Sequence record: SRR31156797_4457
Strand: one strand, 5' to 3'
Length of the DNA: 34,541 nucleotides
In this document: one piece after another, positions 24,813-34,541 of the stretch
Position numbering within the stretch: the first letter of the stretch is position 1
How the letters are laid out: every line of letters starts with the position of its first letter
Position numbers and translations under genes: made by a program
Notes under the pieces: generated by a model
What the model was told of the DNA's origin: nothing
The model's input: only the letters and a program-made list of their open reading frames with translations
The model's database searches: none

Positions 24813-26969
24813 ATGAAGGTATATCAAGCAAATCAAATTAAGAACATAGCCCTTCTCGGAAGTTCTGGCTCGGGTAAAACCACCCTCGCCGAGGCTATGT
24901 TATTTGAGGGTGGTGTGATTAACCGGAGAGGAGATATTGAGAATAGGAGTACGGTTTCGGATTATCACAAAGTAGAACATGAATACGGATATTCTGTTTT
25001 TTCATCCGTAATGCACACTGAATGGTTGGGTAAAAAACTCAACTTTATTGACTGTCCGGGTTCTGATGATTTCATAACAGGAGCCATTACATCTTTAAAT
25101 GTTACAGATACTGCACTAATGCTTTTAAACACCACTCAAGGTGTTGAAGTGGGAACACAAAATCTGTTTAGATATACCGAACAATATAAAAAACCGGTGA
25201 TTTTTATCGCCAACCAGCTCGATCATGAAAAATCCAATTTTGATCAAACCATCGATCAGGCTAAAGAAAGTTTTGGAAATAAGGTTGTTATTATTCAATA
25301 TCCTGTTAATGTAGGTGCAGACTTTAATGCATTGGTAGATGTGTTGAAAATGAAAATGTATCAATGGGGACCTGATGGTGGAAAGCCAGAAATACTCGAT
25401 ATCCCTGATGATCAAAAAGCTAAGGCCGACGAATTGCATAATGCCTTGGTTGAAGCTGCTGCTGAAAATGATGAAAACCTAATGGAGTTGTACTTTGATA
25501 AAGGTACTTTGGATGAGGATCAAATGCGTTCAGGAATTAGAAAGGGTTTAATTGCCCGGGATTTATTTCCTGTTTTTTGTGTGTCTGCGATTAAAGATAT
25601 GGGTGTTAGAAGGATGATGGAGTTTTTAGGAAATATTGTTCCGTTTGTTTCTGAAATGCCTAAAGCCATTACTAAAAATGCCGAAGAAGTTGAATGTTCT
25701 GCAGATGGGCCATCATCTATATTTGTATTTAAAACAAGCATTGAACCACATTTAGGAGAAGTTTCATTCTTTAAAGTTATGTCGGGCAAGGTGAGTGAGG
25801 GAATGGATCTGGTTAATATGACAAAAGACGCCAAGGAAAGACTTTCGCAATTATATTGTGTAGCCGGAAATACAAGAGATAAAGTTTCAGAACTGGTTGC
25901 AGGTGACATTGGTGCTACGGTTAAACTAAAGGAAACAAAAACAGGAGATACCCTTAACATTAAGGGATGTAATTATAATTTTGAGCCTATTCATTACCCA
26001 GAATATAAGTTTAGAACTGCCGTTAAGCCTGTAAATGAACATGATGATGAAAAATTAGGAGAAGTATTACAACGTATGCACGAGGAAGACCCCACACTCG
26101 TAGTTGAATATTCCAAAGAATTAAAACAAATCATTGTTTATGGTCAGGGAGAATTTCATTTGAATACAATGAAATGGCGAATTGAGCACAACGATAAGGT
26201 AGATATTGAGTTTCTTCGTCCAAAGATTCCATACCGTGAAACCATTACTAAAGCGGCGCGTGCAGATTACAGACATAAAAAACAGTCAGGAGGAGCAGGT
26301 CAGTTTGGTGAAGTGCATATGGTAATAGAACCTTATGAAGAAGGTATGTCGGAGCCAACAGGTTACCGTTTCGATGGACAGGAATTTAAAATGAATGTGC
26401 GAGGAAAAGAAGAAGTGAAGTTGCCTTGGGGAGGAAAACTCGTATTTTATAATTGTATTGTTGGAGGAGCGATTGATGCCCGTTTTTTACCAGCCATTTT
26501 AAAAGGCATTATGGAAAAAATGGAAGAAGGTCCGCTAACGGGTTCATATGCAAGGGATATTCGGGTTTGTGTGTATGATGGAAAAATGCATACAGTTGAT
26601 TCTAACGAAATATCTTTTAAATTAGCAGGCCGAAATGCATTTAGTCAGGCATTTAAAATTGCAGGACCTAAAATTTTAGAACCTGTGTATGAAGTTGAAG
26701 TGAAAGTACCTTCTGAAAAGATGGGTGATGTAATGAGTGATTTACAAGGTAGAAGAGCGCTAATTGAAGGAATGAGTAGTGAGAAAGGTTTTGAGGTGAT
26801 TAAAGCTAAAGTACCTTTGAAGGAATTGGATAAGTATTCCACTTCGTTGAGTTCAATAACGGGTGGAAGAGCTATGTTTACTTTAAAGTTTTCTAAGTAC
26901 GACATCGTTCCACATGACGTACAAGGTGAGTTACTAAGCGCTTACGAAAAGGAGCTGGAAGAAGTTTAA
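24813..26969 (+). CDS. fusA2: Elongation factor G paralog EF-G2
   Basis: EF-G domains (HKKQSGGAGQFG, DGKMHTVDSNEISF, LEPVYEVEV, GDVMSDLQGRR) with G1 GSSGSGKT, YGYSV for RGITI, DCPGS for DTPGH, NQLD for NKMD, and a domain IV insert. Start MKVY (24813) or 24807. Confidence 0.92.
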   Translation: MKVYQANQIKNIALLGSSGSGKTTLAEAMLFEGGVINRRGDIENRSTVSDYHKVEHEYGYSVFSSVMHTEWLGKKLNFIDCPGSDDFITGAITSLNVTDTALMLLNTTQGVEVGTQNLFRYTEQYKKPVIFIANQLDHEKSNFDQTIDQAKESFGNKVVIIQYPVNVGADFNALVDVLKMKMYQWGPDGGKPEILDIPDDQKAKADELHNALVEAAAENDENLMELYFDKGTLDEDQMRSGIRKGLIARDLFPVFCVSAIKDMGVRRMMEFLGNIVPFVSEMPKAITKNAEEVECSADGPSSIFVFKTSIEPHLGEVSFFKVMSGKVSEGMDLVNMTKDAKERLSQLYCVAGNTRDKVSELVAGDIGATVKLKETKTGDTLNIKGCNYNFEPIHYPEYKFRTAVKPVNEHDDEKLGEVLQRMHEEDPTLVVEYSKELKQIIVYGQGEFHLNTMKWRIEHNDKVDIEFLRPKIPYRETITKAARADYRHKKQSGGAGQFGEVHMVIEPYEEGMSEPTGYRFDGQEFKMNVRGKEEVKLPWGGKLVFYNCIVGGAIDARFLPAILKGIMEKMEEGPLTGSYARDIRVCVYDGKMHTVDSNEISFKLAGRNAFSQAFKIAGPKILEPVYEVEVKVPSEKMGDVMSDLQGRRALIEGMSSEKGFEVIKAKVPLKELDKYSTSLSSITGGRAMFTLKFSKYDIVPHDVQGELLSAYEKELEEV

Positions 26970-27039
26970 TGATGAATATTTTTAGGGTGTTATGGAGAAT
27001 TGCATCCAATAAATAGGTTTGGTTTAATTGTTGAGAATG

Positions 27040-27072
27040 AACATCCGGTACATTTTGTATCGGATGTTTTTT
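27040..27072 (+). terminator. Intrinsic terminator after fusA2
   Basis: AACATCCGGTACA/TGTATCGGATGTT stem plus T-tract. Confidence 0.85.
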
Positions 27073-27403
27073 GTTTAAGCGAGAGTTTAAGCTATAATTA
27101 GCGTTTAAAGAAAATTTGTAACTTATTAAAATTAGTATAAGATGTTATTAGGGTATCTGTCCAAATATGTCTTTAAAAAGTATCAATTAGCTGTCATGAT
27201 TTGAGGTATCATTCTAATAATTTGAAAAAAAATACAGTTTGCAATCACCTTAAAGTCGTTTTTAGGTGTCTTTAATATATAAGCTCATTTTTAATAAAAT
27301 ATTCCGTTATCTATATTTATAGATGTAAATCATATTTTAGGTAGAAACATTTTACTAGACTTGTTTAATTTTTTAAATTGATCAAAAACAAAAACATATA
27401 GCA

Positions 27404-29536
27404 ATGATTAAAAGAATATCATTATTCATTTTACTACTTACAACAGTATTTACAGTAAGTAGTTATGGACAGATTGAAGTTCCGACAACATGGAAAGTGA
27501 AGTTTTCGAAAGACAAAGTAGCTGTAGGAGATAAGATTGATGTGGTTTTTGAAGGAACTATAAAACCGGATTGGTATGTTTATTCTAATGACTTTGATCC
27601 GGATTTAGGACCTATTCAAATTAATTTTCAATTTACAGAGGATGCTTCTTACGCCTTGGTAGGAAAAGCCAAATCTATTAATTCGCACAAAAAGTATGAT
27701 GAGATCTGGGATGGTGAAATAGGTTACTTTACACACACTGCAGAAGTTCGTCAAACCGTAGAAGTAAAGAAATTGCCATTGAAAGTTTCTGGAACATTTG
27801 AATTTCAAACTTGCTCCAATGTGACGGGAATGTGCGTAATGGGTGATGACAGCTTTGATTTAACACTAAAAGGAGTAAAAGCTGCCCCTAAGAAAGAAGT
27901 GAAAAAAGAAAGCATTCAGGATACAGCTCAAAAGCTGGCAACAAAAGCCGACGCAACAGAAATGCCGGTTGCTGCAAAAGCTGAAATGGAGGAAAAAGTA
28001 AGCGAAAAAGAAGAGGCAGTTGTTGTTGAAAAAACATCAGAATCAACAGTAGAAGTTTCAACACCTGAAGAAAAGGAAGAATCAGAAAGTTATTGGGCTA
28101 TTTTCTTTATAGCTTTGGGGGCAGGCCTTGTGGCACTATTAACACCATGTGTGTTTCCTATGATGCCAATGACAGTAAGTTTTTTTACGAAACAGAGCCC
28201 AACAAAAGCTAAGGGAATAAGAAATGCTATCTTCTATGGTCTTTTTATAGTTTTAATATATGTATTAATTGGACTAATAATTAGTTTGATTCCAGGTATT
28301 CAGGCAGATGACTTAAATTCGTTCTCGACAGATGCTTATTTCAATCTGTTTTTGTTTATAATTCTTGTAGTATTTGCTATATCATTCCTTGGTGCATTTG
28401 AACTTACTTTACCATCTTCTTGGGTTAATAAAGCTGATAGGGGGGTTGATAAAGGAGGTATTATAGGTGCATTTTTTATGGCCTTAACATTAGCCTTAGT
28501 ATCTTTTTCTTGTACAGGACCTATTGTTGGTGGGGTTTTAGTACAAGCAGTGACTGAAGGAGGAATTGCTCCAATTATTGGAATGGCAGGATTCGGTTTA
28601 GGTTTAGCCTTACCATTTACATTTTTTGCCATGTTTCCGGGGTATTTAAATTCTTTACCAAAATCTGGTGGTTGGTTAAACTCGGTAAAAGTAGTGTTAG
28701 GGTTTTTAGAGTTGGCATTGGCATTTAAATTTTTATCGAATGCCGATTTGGTACTAGATCTTCATTTATTAGAAAGAGAAGTGTTTATTGCTATTTGGAT
28801 AGCTATTTTTGGTGCGTTAGGCTTTTATTTGTTTGGAAAACTTAGGTTACCGCACGATTCACCTATGGACTTTTTACCTGTTCCACGCTTATTGCTTGGA
28901 TTGTTAGTTATCTCTTTTACCATTTATATGATACCGGGTTTATGGGGTGCTCCATTAAAATTGATTAGTGCTTTCCCTCCTCCAATGGAATATGCCGAAT
29001 CGCCGCAGGGTGTTGGTAATCGTTCTCAGCAGGCAATTCATGTAAGTAGTGAACCTGTAAGTGAGAAACAGCGCAAGTTGGAGGAAAAAATGCATGTAGG
29101 TCCTCAGGGATTATCGGTATTCCATGATTATGATGAGGCAATGGAGTATGCCAAGTTGGTAAATAAGCCTTTGTTTATAGATTTTACTGGTAAAGCTTGC
29201 GTTAACTGTCGTCAAATGGAAATTAATGTATGGAGCGATCCTGAGGTGAATTCTTTAATGAAGAATGACTTTGTTGTGGTGGCATTGTATGTTGACTTCA
29301 AAAAGGATTTACCTAAAGAAGAGCAGTATGTATCAGAAACAACGGGTAAAAAAATTAAAACGATTGGTAATAAATGGAGTGATTTCCAAATTAGTCGTTA
29401 TCAAATAAACAGTCAACCTTATTATGTGATTTTAGATCATAACGAAGATGAACTTGTAAAACCTAAAGCTTATGAGCCAGATACAAAAGCCTATGCTGAA
29501 TGGCTACAAAAGGCAAAAGAAGGTTTTAAAGAATAA
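27404..29536 (+). CDS. dsbD: Thiol:disulfide interchange protein DsbD
   Basis: N-terminal Ig-like domain with CSNVTGMC, TM domain LLTPCVFPM and SFSCTGP, LPKSGGW, C-terminal thioredoxin DFTGKACVNCR. Confidence 0.93.
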   Translation: MIKRISLFILLLTTVFTVSSYGQIEVPTTWKVKFSKDKVAVGDKIDVVFEGTIKPDWYVYSNDFDPDLGPIQINFQFTEDASYALVGKAKSINSHKKYDEIWDGEIGYFTHTAEVRQTVEVKKLPLKVSGTFEFQTCSNVTGMCVMGDDSFDLTLKGVKAAPKKEVKKESIQDTAQKLATKADATEMPVAAKAEMEEKVSEKEEAVVVEKTSESTVEVSTPEEKEESESYWAIFFIALGAGLVALLTPCVFPMMPMTVSFFTKQSPTKAKGIRNAIFYGLFIVLIYVLIGLIISLIPGIQADDLNSFSTDAYFNLFLFIILVVFAISFLGAFELTLPSSWVNKADRGVDKGGIIGAFFMALTLALVSFSCTGPIVGGVLVQAVTEGGIAPIIGMAGFGLGLALPFTFFAMFPGYLNSLPKSGGWLNSVKVVLGFLELALAFKFLSNADLVLDLHLLEREVFIAIWIAIFGALGFYLFGKLRLPHDSPMDFLPVPRLLLGLLVISFTIYMIPGLWGAPLKLISAFPPPMEYAESPQGVGNRSQQAIHVSSEPVSEKQRKLEEKMHVGPQGLSVFHDYDEAMEYAKLVNKPLFIDFTGKACVNCRQMEINVWSDPEVNSLMKNDFVVVALYVDFKKDLPKEEQYVSETTGKKIKTIGNKWSDFQISRYQINSQPYYVILDHNEDELVKPKAYEPDTKAYAEWLQKAKEGFKE

Positions 29537-29559
29537 ATAAATATAGTTTTTCCTGTGTT

Positions 29560-29598
29560 AAGGCTGTTCCTGTTTAGGGGAACGGCCTTTCTTTTTTT
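29560..29598 (+). terminator. Intrinsic terminator after dsbD
   Basis: AAGGCTGTTCC/GGAACGGCCTT stem plus T-tract. Confidence 0.8.
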
Positions 29599-29858
29599 AA
29601 TAAGGTTCTATGCTACTATAATGATAAAATTTCGGTCACAATTGAATTGATAAAAGGTTAAAATAAAATAAAAACAATTCGCTAGTCAATAAAAAACGTC
29701 AAACCATTAAATAAATATCAACAGCCTGTTCATAACAAATCTACGTATTTGGAAACTTAGATATTCTTGATGCGTACTAACTTGAATATTTTTTTTGAAT
29801 AATAATTGCTGTCAATTGACAGATATCCACTATAACGTAAGACAGGTAAAATAAAGAT

Positions 29859-31757
29859 ATGTGTATGAAAAAATTTTACGACATTAAAATTGGAATGAGG
29901 TTAGGTATAATGATTACCGGAATGGTAATCGTTATTTTAGGGATATTAGGTTTTTATATTATTCGTGAAGAGATGAATGCGAGTGAATCCTTAGCCAATG
30001 AAAGGATGCGAGAACATGTAAAAGATTTGAATCTCCTGATTTCGCAGAATGTCAATTCTAATCAGCAAAATGTTAGTATTGGGATTAATACTGCAGAGCA
30101 ATTCGTTAAAACGCTGGGAAAGATAAAAGTATCTTCTAATCAGCTTAATTTGTATGCTGTTAATCAGGTGACAAAAGAATCTAAAAAGGTAAAGGTTAAT
30201 GAGTGGAAAGTAAATGAAACTACTGTTCAGAACAGTACAAGATTTGTAGATGAAATTCAAAATTTGGTGGGAGGAACTGCTACTATTTTTCAAAAAATAG
30301 ATGATGGTTTTTTACGTATTTCTACCAATGTATTAGATAAAAATGGGGAAAGAGCAGTTGGAACATACATTCCTAATTCTTCACCGGTTGCAGAGGCAAT
30401 ATTGGAGGGAAGAACATTTACCGGTAGAGCTTTTGTTGTGGATGATTGGTATTTAACTGCTTATAGACCTTTAATCATTAATGGTTCCGTTGAGGGGATT
30501 CTTTATGTGGGAATAAAAGAGAAGAATCTAGATCAATTGAAGGATATTTTTTATGATAAAACCTTTTTCGCTTCTGGATATCCATATATTGTTGATAATG
30601 ATGGAACTCTAATCGTTCATCCTAAAGATGAAGGTAAAAGTATTGCAAATGAGGATTTCTTTGTAAATATGAAAGATTCAGAAACAGAAATTGGTCACAT
30701 TACTTATGAGTGGGATGGAAGAAAAAAATATCAATATTACAGGTATCTGGATAGTATTAAGTCTTATGTAGCTGTAACGGTTTATGAAGATGAGTTATTT
30801 GCGGGTGCTTATCATACACGCAATATCATTATTATAGCTTTATTTGCTAGTATTCTTATTTTAGCTGTTATTATATATTTTATAGCAAAAGATATATCTA
30901 AGAACCTGCAAAAGGCAGTGGATATTTCTGAATCCATTGCTTCAGGTAATTTAACCGAGAAATTGGATTTGGATCAGAAAGATGAAATTGGTCAATTGGC
31001 CAAAGCTCTAAATAAAATGGTGGATAGTTTAAGAGATATTGTGCTAAATATTAAAGAAGGAGCTGATAAAATTGGGGTTGCCAGTCAATACCTAAGTGGA
31101 TCTTCTCAGCAGTTATCTCAGGGTGCGAATGAGCAAGCGAGTTCCATTGAAGAGGTAAGTTCTACGATGGAAGAGATTTCTGCAAGTATTCAACAAAATA
31201 CAGAAAATGCCATTCAAACATCGGAAGATTCTGAAGAAGTTAGTAAAGATGCTTTAACAGTACATGAGTACTCCCAAGAAACAATTTCGGCGAATGAAGA
31301 AATTGCACAAAAAGTATCCATCATCAATGAAATTGCTGTTCAAACAAATATTTTAGCTCTTAATGCTTCGGTTGAAGCGGCCAGAGCCGGGCAGCATGGT
31401 AAAGGTTTTGCAGTGGTTGCAGCTGAAGTCCGCAAATTAGCAGAGCAAAGTAAAATAGCAGCACAGGAAATTAATGCAATTACTAAAAGAGGCCATGAGC
31501 TTTCTCATATGGCAGGTCAATTAATGGACGATATCATGCCTAAGATTGCAAATACTAGCATGCTGGTACAGGAAATTGCAGCTGCCAGTAAGGAGCAAAA
31601 TAATGGCTCCATTCAAGTGAATAGTGCTATTCAGCAATTAAATGATATTACCCAACAAAATGCAGCCGCAAGTGAAGAATTAGCTGGTAGTGCAGATGGC
31701 TTAGCTGAGCAGGCAGAATACTTAAAACAATCGATAAATTATTTCAAGTTGAATTAG
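29859..31757 (+). CDS. Methyl-accepting chemotaxis protein (Cache sensor, HAMP, MCP signal)
   Basis: Two TMs, Cache3-Cache2-like [86 protein letters not shown]. Alternative start 29865. Confidence 0.93.
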   Translation: MCMKKFYDIKIGMRLGIMITGMVIVILGILGFYIIREEMNASESLANERMREHVKDLNLLISQNVNSNQQNVSIGINTAEQFVKTLGKIKVSSNQLNLYAVNQVTKESKKVKVNEWKVNETTVQNSTRFVDEIQNLVGGTATIFQKIDDGFLRISTNVLDKNGERAVGTYIPNSSPVAEAILEGRTFTGRAFVVDDWYLTAYRPLIINGSVEGILYVGIKEKNLDQLKDIFYDKTFFASGYPYIVDNDGTLIVHPKDEGKSIANEDFFVNMKDSETEIGHITYEWDGRKKYQYYRYLDSIKSYVAVTVYEDELFAGAYHTRNIIIIALFASILILAVIIYFIAKDISKNLQKAVDISESIASGNLTEKLDLDQKDEIGQLAKALNKMVDSLRDIVLNIKEGADKIGVASQYLSGSSQQLSQGANEQASSIEEVSSTMEEISASIQQNTENAIQTSEDSEEVSKDALTVHEYSQETISANEEIAQKVSIINEIAVQTNILALNASVEAARAGQHGKGFAVVAAEVRKLAEQSKIAAQEINAITKRGHELSHMAGQLMDDIMPKIANTSMLVQEIAAASKEQNNGSIQVNSAIQQLNDITQQNAAASEELAGSADGLAEQAEYLKQSINYFKLN

Positions 31758-31784
31758 ATTGTTTTTAAGATTAAAAATATATTG

Positions 31785-31819
31785 AAAAGGCTGTTCCTTC
31801 AAAAAGGAATGGCCTTTTT
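31785..31819 (+). terminator. Intrinsic terminator after MCP
   Basis: AAAAGGCTGTTCCTT/AAGGAATGGCCTTTT stem. Confidence 0.8.
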
Positions 31820-31916
31820 CAATTTTTTAATAGAAATAAGTAACATACGTCAATAAAAATAAACCGAAAGTTCAGTTATTTTGTTTTTTATAGAATACAA
31901 CAATAAAAAGTATAGC

Positions 31917-33179
31917 ATGAGCAATATACAATCCACATATTTTCCCCAGATAAAAGATATTGAAGTGGCTGCTGAGCGTTTAAAAGGAATTATCAGAAGA
32001 ACACCTTTGGAATACAATCAAACTTATTCAGAGAAGTACAAAGCTGATATTTATTTTAAGCGGGAAGACTTGCAATTAGTGCGATCATATAAAATTAGGG
32101 GTGCCTATAATAAGATGGCCTCTTTACCTAAGGAAAAACTAAATCAGGGTGTGGTATGTGCCAGTGCTGGAAATCATGCGCAAGGGGTTGCATCATCTTG
32201 TCTAAAGCTTGGTGTAAAAGGTGTGATTTTTATGCCGACTACCACACCTCAGCAAAAAATTAAGCGGGTAAAAACGCTTGGTAAAGAATGGGTGGAAGTT
32301 GTATTGGAGGGAGATACTTTTGATGATGCCAATAACAAAGCTTTAATATATGGCGAAGAGAACAAGCTTATTTATATCCATCCTTTCGATGATCCTAAAG
32401 TAATTGAAGGGCAGGGAACCATTGGCATCGAGATTATGAACGACTTACCCGATGCTGATTTTGTTTTTATTCCGGTTGGGGGTGGTGGCCTGACGGCAGG
32501 CTTGACTACTTACATGAAAAATAAGCGTAAGGAAGCTAAACTAATTGGGGTTGAACCTGAAGGAGCTCCGGCTATGTTTGAGTCCATAAAGCAAAATAAA
32601 GTAATTCGTCTGGAGACGATAGATAAGTTTGTGGATGGAGCTGCAGTGCAAAGTGTAGGAGCGTATACTTTTCCGGTGTGTAAGCAAAATCTGGATGATA
32701 TGTTGTTGGTGCCCGAAGGTAAAATTTGCACCAAAATTTTAGAGTTGTATAACAACGATGCCATTGTGGCTGAACCTGCAGGTGCTTTATCCATTGCTGC
32801 CTTAGAGCAATATAAAGATGAGATTAAGGGTAAGAAAGTAGTTTGCATTATTAGTGGTGGAAATAACGATATTACCCGAACTGAGGAGATTAAAGAAAGA
32901 TCTTTATTATACGAAGGCTTAAAGCACTATTTTATCGTACGTTTTCCGCAACGTTCTGGAGCTTTAAAGGAATTTGTAAACGATATTCTGGGTCCTGATG
33001 ATAATATTGTATTGTTTGAATATGCCAAAAAGGTAAATCGCGAAAGAGGTCCTGCTTTAGTTGGAATTGAACTAAAGGATAAAGATGATTTTGAACCGCT
33101 CATGGCACGCATGAAAGCCAAAAACTTTTTTGGTGAATATGTCAACGATAATCGGGATTTCTTTTCGTATTTGATTTAA
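31917..33179 (+). CDS. ilvA: Threonine ammonia-lyase, short form with one regulatory domain
   Basis: KREDLQLVRSYKIRGA (PLP Lys), CASAGNHAQGVA, VGGGGL, EPAGAL, SGGNND, FPQRSGALKEF. ATG 31917 preferred. Confidence 0.95.
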   Translation: MSNIQSTYFPQIKDIEVAAERLKGIIRRTPLEYNQTYSEKYKADIYFKREDLQLVRSYKIRGAYNKMASLPKEKLNQGVVCASAGNHAQGVASSCLKLGVKGVIFMPTTTPQQKIKRVKTLGKEWVEVVLEGDTFDDANNKALIYGEENKLIYIHPFDDPKVIEGQGTIGIEIMNDLPDADFVFIPVGGGGLTAGLTTYMKNKRKEAKLIGVEPEGAPAMFESIKQNKVIRLETIDKFVDGAAVQSVGAYTFPVCKQNLDDMLLVPEGKICTKILELYNNDAIVAEPAGALSIAALEQYKDEIKGKKVVCIISGGNNDITRTEEIKERSLLYEGLKHYFIVRFPQRSGALKEFVNDILGPDDNIVLFEYAKKVNRERGPALVGIELKDKDDFEPLMARMKAKNFFGEYVNDNRDFFSYLI

Positions 33180-34039
33180 TTCTTTTCAAGCCAGGCAAGT
33201 AAATCGGGGAGTGCTTTCTCTGCCGTTTGCATGGCTTCGAAATAGGCTTTTTCTGTTTTATCAGGCTTGTTTTCAAGTCGACCAACAGTAATGTCCTTTT
33301 CAGGACGGATAACGAATAATTGGCCTTCTTTTTCCAGTTTTTCCAACAGCGCTACAGAACGGTTGTATTTATCTGCTCTGTTTAATATCAAATTCAGCAT
33401 TTGTGGATCTTTTCGGTAATACCATTTTAAAAAGGCTGATTTTTTAATGGGTGTTTTAGTATAGCCTTTGGGACGGGTTAATATGACTACACCTCTTTTA
33501 TTTCCAGCGTTTAAAGCATGTTCAAATGGAATAGAATCAGACAGTCCTCCATCCATATACCATTGGTTTTTGTAAGCTACTTTGGGTGCAATAAAAGGAA
33601 GCGAACAACTGGCGGATAAGATGCTTACAAAATCCTTCTTATCTGTAGAGTTTAATTCAAAAAACTCACTTTGGGCAGTTTGACAATTAGTTGTTCCAAC
33701 CCAAAACTGAGTAGGGGAATTCTGTAGTTTCTCATAATCAAGACTCACCATAGTATTGGGAATTACATTAAATATAAAATCCCACGAAAAGTAAGAACCA
33801 TCTCGAAGCCAGTTTCTAAATCCGGCATAGCGTTTATCAGAGATAAAGCGGTTAACCTCCAGGTTTCTGTTGGGTTGCTGTGTTACATACGAAACGCCAT
33901 ATGATGCTCCGGCCGAAACGCCAATAGCATAGTCAAAATACAATTGATACTTTAAGAAAACCTCTAACACACCGGCTGTAAAAATCCCTCTAAATCCACC
34001 TCCTTCAATTACCAAAGCCGTTTCTTTAATTATTTTCAT
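33176..34039 (-). CDS. Patatin-like phospholipase family protein
   Basis: GGGFRG, GVSAG nucleophile, DGG; stop codon overlaps the ilvA stop at TTAA 33176-33179; -7 box TAATTTTG at 34090-34097. Confidence 0.9.
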   Translation of the reverse strand: MKIIKETALVIEGGGFRGIFTAGVLEVFLKYQLYFDYAIGVSAGASYGVSYVTQQPNRNLEVNRFISDKRYAGFRNWLRDGSYFSWDFIFNVIPNTMVSLDYEKLQNSPTQFWVGTTNCQTAQSEFFELNSTDKKDFVSILSASCSLPFIAPKVAYKNQWYMDGGLSDSIPFEHALNAGNKRGVVILTRPKGYTKTPIKKSAFLKWYYRKDPQMLNLILNRADKYNRSVALLEKLEKEGQLFVIRPEKDITVGRLENKPDKTEKAYFEAMQTAEKALPDLLAWLEKN

Positions 34040-34286
34040 AGGTATAAATATTGTATTTTGCTTATTCGAAATGTAAAATGATATGGTCGCAAAATTAACT
34101 TTTTTATGAACATCCCTTTTAAAACATTACTATCTATTCTTAATACGTGATAAATATCATAAGAGCCCTGTTAATTTCGATGTTTTTATTAAAAAATAGA
34201 CTTTTAGATCACCCTAAACAGGTAATAAAGTGTCTTATTATAAACATGATTACAAAAACTTGTAGAGTAATAAAATTATAAAGTAT

Positions 34287-34541
34287 ATGAAAATGATTAA
34301 AAAGCTTATCGTATTCTTGTTTTGTGCATATAGCTTCGTGCTTCAGGCTCAAAATACAACCACTATTCCTTTAGATTCGAGAGTGAAATATGGAAAACTG
34401 GATAATGGTTTAACGTATTACGTAATGCACAATACTGAACCAAAGGAAAGAGCCAGCCTTTATTTTGTGCAAAATGTAGGTGCTATTTTAGAGGAAGATT
34501 CTCAAAATGGTTTGGCTCACTTTTTAGAGCATATGGCTTTT
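34287..34541 (+). CDS. M16 family zinc peptidase (PqqL-like), 3' truncated by window end
   Basis: Hand translation [23 protein letters not shown]...[19 protein letters not shown]...[22 protein letters not shown]; inverted HXXEH motif. Not in the ORF track. Confidence 0.92.
   Translation, partial: MKMIKKLIVFLFCAYSFVLQAQNTTTIPLDSRVKYGKLDNGLTYYVMHNTEPKERASLYFVQNVGAILEEDSQNGLAHFLEHMAF

Noticed and set aside
1327-33145. Short antisense or alternate-frame ORFs in the track (e.g. 4249-4611, 15902-16300, 25520-25960, 28336-28632, 32510-32848)
   Set aside because: They lie within confidently assigned genes and read as reverse-strand shadows.
33176-33179. Shared TTAA stop overlap of ilvA and patatin
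   Set aside because: Common arrangement for convergent genes.

Overview
AT-rich chromosomal segment of a Bacteroidota bacterium: many TAnnTTTG -7 promoter boxes, gldD/gldE, and a Bacteroidia-type EF-G2. An environmental Marinilabiliales-like lineage is an inference only. The window is mostly core or semi-core genes, in order: ALDH7-family dehydrogenase, recO, a YbdL-like aminotransferase homolog, YidE/AspT transporter, His-rich outer-membrane barrel, gpx-ohrR, TauE, pyrH, trmO, an ECF sigma/anti-sigma/two beta-barrel operon, tRNA-Arg(CCT), HU-bS22-rng, mutY-ssb-gldE-gldD-PPTase-GGGP synthase, PafA-like protein, DUF190, fusA2, dsbD, MCP, ilvA, patatin and a truncated M16 peptidase. No mobile element, CRISPR array or prophage was seen. 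Best leads: (1) a ~200-nt fusA2 leader with two long hairpins and a 13-codon uORF, a candidate translation-sensing switch; (2) the ECF module with a WG-repeat/beta-barrel fusion and an ECF-type promoter; (3) two intact ORFs that have lost their catalytic residues; (4) mutY broken by one in-frame TAA; (5) a 29-aa bS22 gene missed by the ORF track. All family assignments are from motif recognition, not database searches.
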